DNA of 64,000 nucleotides from Ilumatobacter sp. (lineage in GTDB: Bacteria > Actinomycetota > Acidimicrobiia > Acidimicrobiales > Ilumatobacteraceae): NCBI GenBank assembly GCA_002711735.1, contig PASB01000054.1:8044-72043 (forward strand). Direction: 5' to 3'. A program made the translations under genes and the position numbers. Positions 18,562 to 28,952 of this stretch are shown here, one piece after another. The notes under the pieces are model-generated. The model was not told the DNA's origin. It did not search any database and worked only from the letters and a program-made list of their open reading frames with translations. Positions within the stretch are counted from its first letter, which is position 1; the number at the start of each line of letters is the position of its first letter.

Positions 18562-19853
18562 ATATCTTGATTACCAATGGTCGCCTGATCGACCAAGCGG
18601 GCGAGCGGCTGGCAAGTGTCCGCATTTCCGACGGGATCATCATCGAAATCGGCGATCAGCTCGCCCCAGACGCAGACAACAGCGGTGCCGAGCATCTCAT
18701 CGACGCTGCCGGGTTGGTCATCAGTCCCGGCTTCGTCGATCTGCATGTTCACCTCCGTGAACCTGGTCGCGAAGAGGCGGAGACGATCGAGACTGGCAGC
18801 CGGGGGGCCGCGCTTGGCGGATTCACCGCTGTAGTGGCAATGCCGAATACTGACCCTACGCAAGATTCGGTCGGAGTTGTAGAGTTCGTTCGCCAGCAAG
18901 GGAAGCGGGCTGGCCTCTGTGATGTGTACCCGTCGGGATCGATCACGATGGGTCGAAAGGGCGAGCAGCTGACGCCATTCGCCGAACTCGCCAATGCGGG
19001 CGTGCGTCTCTTCACCGATGACGGCAACGGTGTGCAGGACCCCCAGCTGATGCGGCGGGCCTATGAGTACGCAAGCGACCTCGGGGTGACCATGGCCCAA
19101 CACTGCGAGGTCGAATCGCTCACTGCAGGTGCGGTGATGCACGAGGGGTCCTGCTGTAGCCATCTTGGGCTGCCGGGGTGGCCGTCGCTTGCCGAGGAAC
19201 TGATGGTCCACCGTGACATCGAATTGGTTCGCCTCACCGGTGCCTCAGCTCACTTCCTGCATTTGTCGACGGCCGGCTCGGTTGGCCTCGTTCGTGCGGC
19301 CAAAGCCGATGGCCTGCCAGTCACTGCCGAGGCCACGCCACATCACATCAGCCTGACCGACGAACTGCTGGCGTCGTACAGCGCCCTGTACAAGGTCAAC
19401 CCGCCGCTGCGCACGATCGAAGACGTGATGGCGGTGCGCGAAGGCCTGCGAGACGGGACGATAGATGCCATTGCGACTGACCATGCTCCGCATGTATCTG
19501 AGACGAAGGAGATGCCGCTCGACCAGGCGCCCCCCGGAATGCTCGGCCTCGAAACCGCCTTCGGCGTCGCCCTCGCTCATCTCGACATGCCGTTAGCGGA
19601 CGTCGTGGCGGCCATGTCATGGAAACCAGCAGCTATTGCCGGAATCGCGGATCGACATGGCCGGCCGATTGCACTGGGCGAGCCTGCCAACCTTGTGGTG
19701 ATCGACCCGGGCGAGGCCTGGGAGGTCGTTCCCGCTGCGCTCGCAAGCAAGAGCAGGAACACGCCATTTATTGGCGTTCCCCTGACCGGACGCGTGAAAC
19801 ATACGATCCTTCACGGAGACATCACCGTGCGTGATGGAAAGGCACAAAAATGA
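18558..19853 (+). CDS. pyrC: Dihydroorotase
   Basis: DLHVHLREPG, MPNT, TPHH, KVNPPLR, ATDHAPH. Confidence 0.97.
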   Translation: MNILITNGRLIDQAGERLASVRISDGIIIEIGDQLAPDADNSGAEHLIDAAGLVISPGFVDLHVHLREPGREEAETIETGSRGAALGGFTAVVAMPNTDPTQDSVGVVEFVRQQGKRAGLCDVYPSGSITMGRKGEQLTPFAELANAGVRLFTDDGNGVQDPQLMRRAYEYASDLGVTMAQHCEVESLTAGAVMHEGSCCSHLGLPGWPSLAEELMVHRDIELVRLTGASAHFLHLSTAGSVGLVRAAKADGLPVTAEATPHHISLTDELLASYSALYKVNPPLRTIEDVMAVREGLRDGTIDAIATDHAPHVSETKEMPLDQAPPGMLGLETAFGVALAHLDMPLADVVAAMSWKPAAIAGIADRHGRPIALGEPANLVVIDPGEAWEVVPAALASKSRNTPFIGVPLTGRVKHTILHGDITVRDGKAQK

Positions 19854-19855
19854 AT

Positions 19856-19891
19856 CTGCATGTTCATCCAGTAAGCTGCATGAACATGCAG
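19856..19891 (+). promoter_or_regulatory. Tandem ARG boxes over a probable internal carA promoter
   Basis: CTGCATGTTCATCCAG(19856-19871) and CTGCATGAACATGCAG(19876-19891), 20-nt period, TAAGCT -10-like hexamer at 19872-19877; same architecture as before argC. Confidence 0.78.
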
Positions 19892-19929
19892 TTATCAGTG
19901 CGGACTCCGATGCAGATTGTTGGACATCG

Positions 19930-21066
19930 ATGAACGTCATGGCGCACAGGCGCGTGCAAGAAGGGGCGTTGGTGCTATCTGACGGCTCAGTCTTTGAGGG
20001 GGAATTGATCGGTGCAGCGATCAGTGCAGTCGCACCGATCGCTGCCGGTGAGGTCGTCTTCAACACTGTGCCGAGCGGCTACCAGGAGGTCATCACTGAC
20101 CCAAGCTACGCCGGTCAGATTATCACCTTCACATATCCGCACATTGGCAACTACGGCATCAACGCCACCGACTTCGAATCGGCCGGTACGTTCTGCCGCG
20201 GAATCGTGGTACGCGATCTGGCACGTCGCCACAGCAACTTTCGGGCGCAGTCGGACCTCGGTTCGATGCTGTTTCAACAGGGTGTCCCTGGTATCGCCGG
20301 GATCGACACACGGCGCCTCACGCGCATCGTTCGCGACAGTGGAGCGCTCCCCGGTGCGTTTGGCGCGGCCTCCGAATCTGAGTTGCTCGCAGCCGCCACA
20401 GCCGAGCCGGGCACCGATGGTGTTGATCTCGTCAGGACGGTGACCACCCACGTGCCGTACGTGATTCCAGCAGTTGACACAGAAAGTCGAACGAACATCG
20501 TGGCGATGGACTTCGGCATGAAGTCCAACATTGGACGGAGCCTTGCTCGTCTCGGTCGAGTAACAGTCGTTCCGGCGTCGACAACGGCAGCTGAAGTGTT
20601 GGCACGGAATCCAGACGGCATTTTCCTCAGCAATGGCCCAGGTGACCCCTCCATGTCGCCGTACGCCGTCGAGGCGATCCGGGCCATGATCGGAAAAGTG
20701 CCCATTTTCGGCATCTGTCTCGGGCACCAGCTACTCGGTAATGCGATCGGTGCCAGTACTGTCAAGCTGCCATTCGGTCACCACGGCGGGAACCACCCGG
20801 TAAAGAATCTGCGGACTGAACGTGTCGAAATCACGAGCCAAAATCACAACTTCGCCGTTGACCCTGACTCGCTTAGTGGTCGTGCTGAGATGACGCACGT
20901 CAATCTCAATGACGGTGTGTGCGAGGGACTGCAGGTCAACGGTGAGCAGGCGTTCAGCGTTCAGCACCACCCCGAGGCCAATCCCGGTCCCCACGATTCG
21001 AACTACCTATTCAGGCAGTTCGCCACCATGATCGAGAAGGCAACCGCTAAGAAAATGAGTATCTGA
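19930..21066 (+). CDS. carA: Carbamoyl-phosphate synthase small subunit
   Basis: GEVVFNT, TDPSY, SNGPGDP, GICLGHQ, QHHPE; start is ATG 19930 or 19939. Confidence 0.97.
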   Translation: MNVMAHRRVQEGALVLSDGSVFEGELIGAAISAVAPIAAGEVVFNTVPSGYQEVITDPSYAGQIITFTYPHIGNYGINATDFESAGTFCRGIVVRDLARRHSNFRAQSDLGSMLFQQGVPGIAGIDTRRLTRIVRDSGALPGAFGAASESELLAAATAEPGTDGVDLVRTVTTHVPYVIPAVDTESRTNIVAMDFGMKSNIGRSLARLGRVTVVPASTTAAEVLARNPDGIFLSNGPGDPSMSPYAVEAIRAMIGKVPIFGICLGHQLLGNAIGASTVKLPFGHHGGNHPVKNLRTERVEITSQNHNFAVDPDSLSGRAEMTHVNLNDGVCEGLQVNGEQAFSVQHHPEANPGPHDSNYLFRQFATMIEKATAKKMSI

Positions 21067-24000
21067 TGCCCCGGCGAAGTGACATCGAATCGATCCTCAT
21101 CATCGGTTCTGGACCGATCGTCATCGGTCAGGCGTGTGAGTTCGACTACTCGGGCACGCAAGCCTGCCGAGTGTTGAAGGAAGAGGGCTACCGCGTCATC
21201 CTCGCTAACTCGAACCCGGCGACCATCATGACCGACCCTGACTTTGCAGATGCGACCTACATCGAGCCGCTTACCTGGGAAGTGCTGTCGGCCATCATCG
21301 ACAAGGAGCAGCCCGATGCCGTGTTGCCGACCCTCGGCGGTCAGACCGGTCTCAACATTGCTATGGAGTTGTTCGAGCGAGGGTTGATCGGTGTTCCGGG
21401 TAAGCCAGAGATGATTGGTGCCAACGCCGATGCGATCGCCACCGCAGAGGATCGCGAAAACTTTAAGGTCGCGATGACCGAAATTGGGCTTGAGTCGTGT
21501 CGGTCCAGAATCGCTCACTCGATGGACGAGGCGCGTGCGGCCATGGACGAGATTGGCTTACCGACGATGATTCGCCCGGCGTACATCCTCGGCGGCCGTG
21601 GCACCGGCATCGCCCACACTGTGGAGGAGTTTGAGACTCTTGCGGCGACCGGCATCGAAGCCAGCCCGATCAATGAGATTCTTGTCGAGGAATCAATCGT
21701 TGGCTGGAAGGAATATGAGCTCGAAGTTATGCGCGATCACGCCGATAACTGCGTGATCATTTGCGGCATCGAGAACTTTGACCCGATGGGTGTGCACACT
21801 GGTGACTCGATCACGGTCGCTCCAATCCAAACCTTGACCGACGTCGAGTATCAGGAGATGCGTGACGCAGCGATCGCATGCATCCGTCGAGTTGGCGTCG
21901 AAACTGGCGGTTCCAACGTGCAGTTCGCCGTCAACCCGGATGACGGCCGCCAAGTCGTCATCGAAATGAACCCGCGCGTGTCGAGATCGTCAGCGCTGGC
22001 CTCGAAAGCGACGGGCTTTCCGATCGCCAAGATCGCTGCGAAGCTCGCCGTCGGCTACACCCTCGACGAGATTCCGAATGACATCACCCGCGCCACGCCA
22101 GCGAGCTTCGAGCCGGTCATTGACTACGTCGTGACCAAGATTCCGCGGTGGGCATTCGAAAAGCTTCCCGGGGCCTCCGGAATCTTAGGGACTCAGATGC
22201 AAGCAGTTGGTGAGGTGATGGCCATCGGTCGGACGTTCCCCGAGAGCTTGCAGAAGGCGATCCGATCACTCGAACTCGGCTATCACGGCCTCGGGTGCGG
22301 CGAGGCCGAAGGTCGTCTGCTTGCCGAGTTCCCGGATGACGAATCGCTGCTCGCCCAGGCTGCGCTTCCAACCCCTGACCGGGTGCTGCAAGTAGGCGAG
22401 GCGCTGCGTCGAGGCATCAGCATCGAGATCGTTCACGAACGAACTGGTATCGACCCCTGGTTCCTCGATCAAATGTCGCTGATCAACGAAGAACGCGATC
22501 ACCTCGCTGCCGTGGAATTCGATGAAGTTTCCCCGAGAGACTGGAAACGGGCCAAACGTCTCGGCTTTGCTGATACGCAGTTGGCGTATCAATTAGGCCG
22601 TACCGAAGACGAGGTGCGAACCGCTCGAGAAGAAGCGGGTGTGGTTCCGACCTACAAGACTGTTGACACCTGCGCCGCCGAGTTTGAGGCTGACACCCCC
22701 TATCACTACTCGACATACGAAGACGAAAGCGAAGTACGCCAGTCCGATACTCGGAAGGTCGTCATCCTGGGTTCGGGGCCGAACCGCATTGGGCAGGGCA
22801 TTGAGTTTGACTATTGCTGCGTGCACGCGTCGTTCTCTCTGCGCGACGCCGGGTTCGAGACGATCATGATCAACTGCAATCCTGAGACCGTGTCCACCGA
22901 CTATGACACGTCTGACCGGCTCTACTTTGAACCGCTGACTAAAGAGGACGTGCTAAATGTCATCGCTGCGGAGCAACCTCACAAGGTAATCGTGTCGCTC
23001 GGCGGTCAGACGCCGTTGAAGCTGGCGGGTGAGATCCCGTTGGAACTAGTCGCCGGAACGTCACCCGATTCGATCGACGCCGCTGAGGACCGGGAGCGTT
23101 GGAACAAAATCTGTGACGAGTTGAAGATCCCACAGCCTCCCGGAGGGACAGCGGTGACTCTTGACGAGGCGCTGGAGATTACCGATGCCATTGGCTTTCC
23201 GGTACTTATTAGGCCGAGCTATGTGCTCGGAGGGCGAGCTATGCAGATCGTTCACGACCGTGACCATCTTGCATCGGCGATGGCGGAGCTGGCCGGTTTT
23301 GGCAGTCTCGGTAAAGAAGGTGGGCTCTCGGCCGAACGTCCAGTGCTCATCGACCGATTCCTCGCCGATGCCACCGAAGTAGACGTCGATGCGATCCGTG
23401 ACCACACCGGCGAGGTGCTCATCGGGGGCGTTATGGAACATGTCGAAGAAGCCGGCGTGCACTCTGGTGACTCCGCATGCGCTATCCCGCCGCAGACTCT
23501 GCCCTCGTGGGTTGCCGAAGTCATCGAGGCGTACGCCGCATCAATCGCAAAGCGCCTCGACGTGCGCGGGCTGATTAACGTCCAGTTCGCTGTAGTTGGG
23601 ACCACCGTGTACGTCATCGAGGCCAACCCGCGAGCGAGCCGAACTGTGCCGTTCGTCGCCAAGGCGACAGGAGTGCCGCTTGCCAAAGTGGCGACCCGAG
23701 TCATGCTGGGCGCCACCTTGGCTGAGTTGCGTGCCGAAGGTCTGCTGAGACCTGCGATCGGCGGTCACGTTTCCGTGAAAGAAGCGGTGCTGCCGTTCAC
23801 CCGGTTCCCTGAGGTCGATCCGGCACTGGGACCAGAAATGCGATCAACGGGAGAGGTAATGGGCATTGCCGATACGTTCGGCAAGGCGTTCTACAAGGCG
23901 GAGTTGTCGGCAGGCACAATCCTTCCCGAGTCGGGCACAGTCTTCTTGTCGCTCGCTGACCCGGACAAACCTGCCGGGCTGGTTGTGGCTCAGCGGATGC

Positions 24001-24359
24001 GGGCCCTTGGCTTAGGAATTGTTGCCACGGTCGGTACGGCTGAATACCTTGCGCGATTTGACGTTGAGGTCGACCAGGTGCTCGACAAGGTGCAGGACAT
24101 CCACGCCAAGGGGGCAGGCGTCACCGCTGTCGATTTGATTGCTGCCGGTGAGATCAGTTTCGTGGTCAACACGCCGCGAGGCCGGATCGGCCGCACCGAC
24201 GGTGCTCACATCCGCAAAGCAGCAAGCCTGCATCGCGTCGCCTGTGTCACGACCGTTGATGCCGCTTTGGCTGCAGCCGAAGGGCTTGCGGAGCGAAACG
24301 GCGTGCTGCTCGGTGTCCGTCCGTTGCAGGAGTACCACGCAACGGGGAGCACCGCTTGA
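21066..24359 (+). CDS. carB: Carbamoyl-phosphate synthase large subunit
   Basis: [17 protein letters not shown], duplicated ATP-grasp domains, C-terminal MGS domain. Confidence 0.99.
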   Translation: MPRRSDIESILIIGSGPIVIGQACEFDYSGTQACRVLKEEGYRVILANSNPATIMTDPDFADATYIEPLTWEVLSAIIDKEQPDAVLPTLGGQTGLNIAMELFERGLIGVPGKPEMIGANADAIATAEDRENFKVAMTEIGLESCRSRIAHSMDEARAAMDEIGLPTMIRPAYILGGRGTGIAHTVEEFETLAATGIEASPINEILVEESIVGWKEYELEVMRDHADNCVIICGIENFDPMGVHTGDSITVAPIQTLTDVEYQEMRDAAIACIRRVGVETGGSNVQFAVNPDDGRQVVIEMNPRVSRSSALASKATGFPIAKIAAKLAVGYTLDEIPNDITRATPASFEPVIDYVVTKIPRWAFEKLPGASGILGTQMQAVGEVMAIGRTFPESLQKAIRSLELGYHGLGCGEAEGRLLAEFPDDESLLAQAALPTPDRVLQVGEALRRGISIEIVHERTGIDPWFLDQMSLINEERDHLAAVEFDEVSPRDWKRAKRLGFADTQLAYQLGRTEDEVRTAREEAGVVPTYKTVDTCAAEFEADTPYHYSTYEDESEVRQSDTRKVVILGSGPNRIGQGIEFDYCCVHASFSLRDAGFETIMINCNPETVSTDYDTSDRLYFEPLTKEDVLNVIAAEQPHKVIVSLGGQTPLKLAGEIPLELVAGTSPDSIDAAEDRERWNKICDELKIPQPPGGTAVTLDEALEITDAIGFPVLIRPSYVLGGRAMQIVHDRDHLASAMAELAGFGSLGKEGGLSAERPVLIDRFLADATEVDVDAIRDHTGEVLIGGVMEHVEEAGVHSGDSACAIPPQTLPSWVAEVIEAYAASIAKRLDVRGLINVQFAVVGTTVYVIEANPRASRTVPFVAKATGVPLAKVATRVMLGATLAELRAEGLLRPAIGGHVSVKEAVLPFTRFPEVDPALGPEMRSTGEVMGIADTFGKAFYKAELSAGTILPESGTVFLSLADPDKPAGLVVAQRMRALGLGIVATVGTAEYLARFDVEVDQVLDKVQDIHAKGAGVTAVDLIAAGEISFVVNTPRGRIGRTDGAHIRKAASLHRVACVTTVDAALAAAEGLAERNGVLLGVRPLQEYHATGSTA

Positions 24360-25267
24360 ACATGGACACGACAGTCACGATTGGATCGGTCATGCTTAAC
24401 GCTCCGGTGATGACGGCGTCAGGCACCGCTGGTTACGGCGTTGAGATGGCGCCATTCGTGGACCTGGCCAGCCTCGGAGCCGTCGTAACGAAGTCGTTGG
24501 CTCCGTTCGAGTGGGCCGGTAATCCTGCACCAAGAATCCACCCCACAACGCAAGGCATGATTAACGCCGTAGGGCTCCAAGGGCCTGGAGTAGAGCACTG
24601 GTTGGTCAATGTGCTGCCGCCGCTCGTCGACACGGGCGCTACGGTTGTTTGCAGTATTTGGGGCCGTTCGCTTGAGGACTACCAAATTGCTGCCGAGATG
24701 TTGGCGGACGCGCCACCCGAGGTTGTTGCGGTTGAAGTGAACCTGTCATGCCCGAACCTGGAAGGGCGGGGTGCGATCTTCGCCCACGACATCGAGCTGT
24801 CCGCTGCTGTGATGTCAGCAACCGCCGGATGCAACCGTCCGCGGTGGGCTAAGTTGAGCGCTAACACTGATCGAATCATCGAAGTTGCGGCAGCTGTCCA
24901 AGACGCAGGTGCCGAGGCGGTGACCTGCGTGAACACATTGCTCGGCCTGGCGTACGACCCGGACTCACTCGTCACGACGTTGGGCGTCGGAGGTGGCGGG
25001 TATTCGGGTCGGGCCATTCATCCCGTGGCGGTGCGGGCGGTGCATGATGTGCACGCAGCGTTGCCCGACCTTCCGATCATTGGCGTCGGGGGAGTGGCGT
25101 CGGGCTGGGACGCTGTCGAGATGTTTCTGGCGGGGGCGTCGGCTGTGCAAGTCGGAACTGCATCGTTTGCGAACCCGCGGGCTGCTGCAAACGTCCAGCG
25201 TGAGCTGGTCAACTGGGCCGAGGAGCGGGGAATCGCCCGCGTTGCGGATCTCAGCGCGTTAGTCTGA
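24356..25267 (+). CDS. pyrD: Dihydroorotate dehydrogenase, class 1
   Basis: [28 protein letters not shown] (Cys base), GGYSG, IIGVGG. Confidence 0.95.
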   Translation: MNMDTTVTIGSVMLNAPVMTASGTAGYGVEMAPFVDLASLGAVVTKSLAPFEWAGNPAPRIHPTTQGMINAVGLQGPGVEHWLVNVLPPLVDTGATVVCSIWGRSLEDYQIAAEMLADAPPEVVAVEVNLSCPNLEGRGAIFAHDIELSAAVMSATAGCNRPRWAKLSANTDRIIEVAAAVQDAGAEAVTCVNTLLGLAYDPDSLVTTLGVGGGGYSGRAIHPVAVRAVHDVHAALPDLPIIGVGGVASGWDAVEMFLAGASAVQVGTASFANPRAAANVQRELVNWAEERGIARVADLSALV

Positions 25268-25272
25268 GTTTT

Positions 25273-25581
25273 ATGGCTACACCTCCACAATTGACTCCAG
25301 AGCAGCGGGCTGCAGCTCTTGTCAAAGCGGCGGAGGCTCGCGCCGCTCGGGCAGAGATCAAGGCTCGTCTGAAGATGGGTTCGATGTCATTACAAGAGGC
25401 ACTCGATTCCGACGACAACAACGTTGGTAAGTTGAAAGTCGTCTCGATGCTCGAATCGCTGCCGGGCGTCGGCAAAGTAAAGGCACGCCGGCTAATGGAA
25501 GAAGTTGGCATCGCCGACAACCGTCGTGTGCAGGGCCTCGGTGCTCAGCAGCGCAAGGCTTTACTCGAAGAACTCGGCTGA
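25273..25581 (+). CDS. mihF: Actinobacterial integration host factor
   Basis: LTPEQRAAAL.KAAEAR..RAE.K..LK.G, LESLPGVGKVKA; upstream of gmk. Confidence 0.96.
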   Translation: MATPPQLTPEQRAAALVKAAEARAARAEIKARLKMGSMSLQEALDSDDNNVGKLKVVSMLESLPGVGKVKARRLMEEVGIADNRRVQGLGAQQRKALLEELG

Positions 25582-25587
25582 CACGCC

Positions 25588-26130
25588 TTGATCATCGTAG
25601 TGTCCGGCCCGGGCGGGGTCGGCAAGGGCACGATCGTCGATGCAGCGGTCAAGCGTGACCCTCGATTGTGGTTGAGTCGTTCTTGGACCACACGTGTGCA
25701 GCGGCCTGGCGAGGCCGACGACGCCTACGTGTTTGTGTCAGCAGAGGATTTTGAAGCACGGATCGAGGCCGGCGGATTTTTAGAGTGGACTAATTTTCTT
25801 GGCAACTACTACGGCACTCCAGTTCCGGACGAAGCCGCCGGACCGGCGGCCGGCCGCGACATTGTGCTTGAAATCGAAGTTGACGGTGCTCGACAAGTCA
25901 AGCGTCTACAACCAGATGTGATGCTTATCTTCGTTGTGCCGCCAAGCCGCGAAGAGCAAGAGCGCCGCCTGCGAGGACGCGGCGATGTTGATCACAAGGT
26001 GCTGGCGCGCCTGAAGAAAGCCGAAGAGGAAGAACCAATCGGTCGCGATCTCGCCAATCACGTTGTGGTCAACGACGATCTCGAAGACACGATCACCGAG
26101 ATGCTCGCAATCATCGACGCTGCACGCTGA
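25588..26130 (+). CDS. gmk: Guanylate kinase
   Basis: SGPGGVGKGT P-loop, TTR..RPGE, NYYGT, LEIEVDGA. Confidence 0.97.
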   Translation: MIIVVSGPGGVGKGTIVDAAVKRDPRLWLSRSWTTRVQRPGEADDAYVFVSAEDFEARIEAGGFLEWTNFLGNYYGTPVPDEAAGPAAGRDIVLEIEVDGARQVKRLQPDVMLIFVVPPSREEQERRLRGRGDVDHKVLARLKKAEEEEPIGRDLANHVVVNDDLEDTITEMLAIIDAAR

Positions 26131-26157
26131 CTTAAACCCGGTAGTGTTATCAGCCTT

Positions 26158-26481
26158 ATGGCGCTTGATCACGACACGATGATTGATCCTCCTATTGAGG
26201 GACTCCTCGACAAAGTGGACTCGAAGTTCACGCTGGTCACGCTGGCTGCACGGCGAGCCCGCAACATCAACTCCTACTTCAACCAGCTCGGCGAGGGTCT
26301 CGGCCACATGATTCCGCCGCAGGTCTCCTCGACGGCGCACAAGCCACTGTCGATGGCATTCGAAGAGATTGCTGCTGACAAGATCATTTGGACCGAGGCG
26401 CCCGAGCCGATTGAAGATATCGAGATCGAAGAAGATCCCGAAGCTGAAGCCCAGGCCGCTGCAGACGCTGCTGGCAGCTGA
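26158..26481 (+). CDS. rpoZ: RNA polymerase omega subunit
   Basis: PPIEGLLDKVDSKFTLV..AARRAR.IN.Y, KPLSMAFEEI. Confidence 0.97.
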   Translation: MALDHDTMIDPPIEGLLDKVDSKFTLVTLAARRARNINSYFNQLGEGLGHMIPPQVSSTAHKPLSMAFEEIAADKIIWTEAPEPIEDIEIEEDPEAEAQAAADAAGS

Positions 26482-26500
26482 TCACTGAGCACTCGCACTG

Positions 26501-27706
26501 ATGAGCGCTTCGCCTCTCGCTGGCAAGCGCGTCGTGCTCGGTGTTACCGGAGGTATCGCTGCCTACAAGGCTATCGAAATCCTGCGGCGACTTGTGGACG
26601 CCGGTGCGCATGTCGTGCCGATCATGACCGACGCGGCACAGCATTTCGTTGGCGCGACAACGTTGAGCGCGCTTGCATCTGAGCCGGTCCAGACAAAGCT
26701 CTGGAATAACCCCACCACGGCCATCCCGCACACCAAAGTGGGACAGGGTGCCGATCTGATCATCGTTGCCCCGGCCACAGCAAAGTCAATTGCAGCCTAC
26801 CGCATGGGGTACAGCCACGATCTTCTACAGAACACGCTGATTGCAACGCGCGCACCTGTGGTCTTATGTCCGGCGATGCACACCGAAATGTGGGAGCACC
26901 CGAGCGTTGTCGACAACGTTGCGACACTTCGGAAACGGGGCGTGCAAATCGTAGAGCCCGAGTACGGACGATTGGCCGGTGGCGACACAGGCGCAGGTCG
27001 CCTAGCTGATCCTGCAACAATCCTTGACATAGCCGAACGGGTCGTGGGCCCCGCCGACCTCACCGGAGTCAGGGTGGTTGTCTCGGCTGGCGGCACACGT
27101 GAGCCAATTGATGCGGTCCGCGTGATTGCCAATCGCAGTTCCGGCAAGCAGGGCTACGCCGTTGCGACCGAAGCCGTAGCGCGCGGCGCTGAGGTCACGC
27201 TCGTGTCGACCGTTGGACTTCCGACGCCGGCGGGTGTGCAGGTAATCGCCGTCGAATCTGCTGCTGAGATGCAGGAGGCGATGGAACGCGCAGCCATCAA
27301 TCATGACGTGATAGTCATGGCGGCCGCGGTAGCGGACTTCCGCCCGGTACATGCGGCGTCCGGCAAAATAAAGAAGGGCGATGGTGTCCCCGAAATTGTG
27401 CTCCAACAGACTCCAGACATCCTGGCCGGGATTGGAGCCCGCAAGCGTAACGATCACGTCCTCGTTGGGTTTGCCGCAGAAACCGCGAACCTCGTCGATA
27501 ACGCCAAGGAGAAGCTCGAACGCAAGCGGCTCGATTTGATTGTGGCAAACGACGTCAGCGCTTCAGGTGTTGGCTTCGCTCATGACACGAATGCGGTTAC
27601 ACTTCTGCGCCCCGACGCGAAGCCTGTCGAGATCGACCTCGCTACAAAGCGAGAGGTCGCTCGGGCCATCATTAACGCGGTCGTCGATATACGAAACGCC
27701 CGTTGA
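26501..27706 (+). CDS. coaBC: Phosphopantothenoylcysteine decarboxylase/synthetase
   Basis: GVTGGIAAYK, PAMH, GGTREPID, NRSSGKQG, AAVADF, GFAAET. Confidence 0.98.
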   Translation: MSASPLAGKRVVLGVTGGIAAYKAIEILRRLVDAGAHVVPIMTDAAQHFVGATTLSALASEPVQTKLWNNPTTAIPHTKVGQGADLIIVAPATAKSIAAYRMGYSHDLLQNTLIATRAPVVLCPAMHTEMWEHPSVVDNVATLRKRGVQIVEPEYGRLAGGDTGAGRLADPATILDIAERVVGPADLTGVRVVVSAGGTREPIDAVRVIANRSSGKQGYAVATEAVARGAEVTLVSTVGLPTPAGVQVIAVESAAEMQEAMERAAINHDVIVMAAAVADFRPVHAASGKIKKGDGVPEIVLQQTPDILAGIGARKRNDHVLVGFAAETANLVDNAKEKLERKRLDLIVANDVSASGVGFAHDTNAVTLLRPDAKPVEIDLATKREVARAIINAVVDIRNAR

Positions 27707-27751
27707 TAACCGCACACTCCTCTGATTACTGACAGGACACAACAGACTTTC

Positions 27752-28942
27752 ATGGCCAACTACACATTCACTTCCGAGAGCGTGACCGAGGGTCATCCTG
27801 ACAAGATGGCCGACCAGATCTCTGATTCTGTTCTCGACTCGATCCTTGCCAAGGATGCCGAAGCTCGGGTCGCATGCGAGACGATGGTGACAACCGGACT
27901 CTGTATCGTCGCTGGCGAGATCACCACTAACGCAGATGTCGACATCGAGCGCATTGCCCGTGAGACCATCAACGCCATCGGCTACGACGATGCCGGAAAG
28001 GGCATGGATGGCGACACCTGTCGCGTCATGGTCGCCCTCGACGGACAAAGCTCCGACATTGCTCAAGGCGTTGACATCTCAGAAGAGGTGCGTGGCGGTT
28101 CTGCCAGCGAAGACCACCTCAACCTTCAGGGTGCAGGTGACCAAGGCATGATGTTCGGATACGCCTGTAATGAGACCGACGTGCTGATGCCCCTACCGAT
28201 CAACACTGCCCATCGTCTTGCCGAGCGCCTTGCTGAGGTTCGCAAGAACGGCCAGATTCCGTATCTTCTCCCAGACGGCAAGACCCAGGTCACCTTTGAG
28301 TACAACGAGCTCGGCGTGCCAGTTGCGCTCAAGGCAGTGCTCATTTCAACGCAACATCAAGAAGGCGTCAATCGCGATACGACGATCCGCCCGGAGCTGA
28401 TTGAGCAGGTTATTCAGACAGTGATCCCTGAACAGTTTGCGGACGACGGGTACGAGGTATACGTCAACCCGACGGGCAACTTCGTTATCGGTGGACCGCA
28501 GGGCGATTGCGGACTCACCGGTCGCAAGATCATCGTCGACACCTACGGAGGCATGGGCCGTCACGGCGGTGGCGCCTTCTCCGGCAAGGACCCATCCAAG
28601 GTTGATCGCTCGGCTGCCTACGCTGGCCGCTGGGTAGCCAAGCACGTCGTGGCTTCCGGTGCTGCTGACCGTTGCGAAGTTCAGCTCGCCTACGCCATCG
28701 GCATGGCCCAACCGATGAGCATCCTTGTTGAGACCTTCGGAACTGCCAAAGAGGATCCGGCCAAGATCGAAGCGGCCGTGCGATCGACGTTCGATCTCCG
28801 TCCCGGCGCCATCGTTCGCGACCTTGATCTGAAGCGCCCGATCTATAAAGAGTCTGCGGCGTACGGCCATTTTGGTCGCGACCAGTTCCCGTGGGAAGAA
28901 CTTAGCCGTCTCAGTGAATTCAAGGCTGCTGTCGGGGCCTGA
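27752..28942 (+). CDS. metK: S-adenosylmethionine synthetase
   Basis: [28 protein letters not shown]. Confidence 0.99.
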   Translation: MANYTFTSESVTEGHPDKMADQISDSVLDSILAKDAEARVACETMVTTGLCIVAGEITTNADVDIERIARETINAIGYDDAGKGMDGDTCRVMVALDGQSSDIAQGVDISEEVRGGSASEDHLNLQGAGDQGMMFGYACNETDVLMPLPINTAHRLAERLAEVRKNGQIPYLLPDGKTQVTFEYNELGVPVALKAVLISTQHQEGVNRDTTIRPELIEQVIQTVIPEQFADDGYEVYVNPTGNFVIGGPQGDCGLTGRKIIVDTYGGMGRHGGGAFSGKDPSKVDRSAAYAGRWVAKHVVASGAADRCEVQLAYAIGMAQPMSILVETFGTAKEDPAKIEAAVRSTFDLRPGAIVRDLDLKRPIYKESAAYGHFGRDQFPWEELSRLSEFKAAVGA

Positions 28943-28952
28943 TCGGAACCAC

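Noticed and set aside
27707-27751. SAM riboswitch before metK
   Set aside because: The gap is only 45 nt with no aptamer motifs
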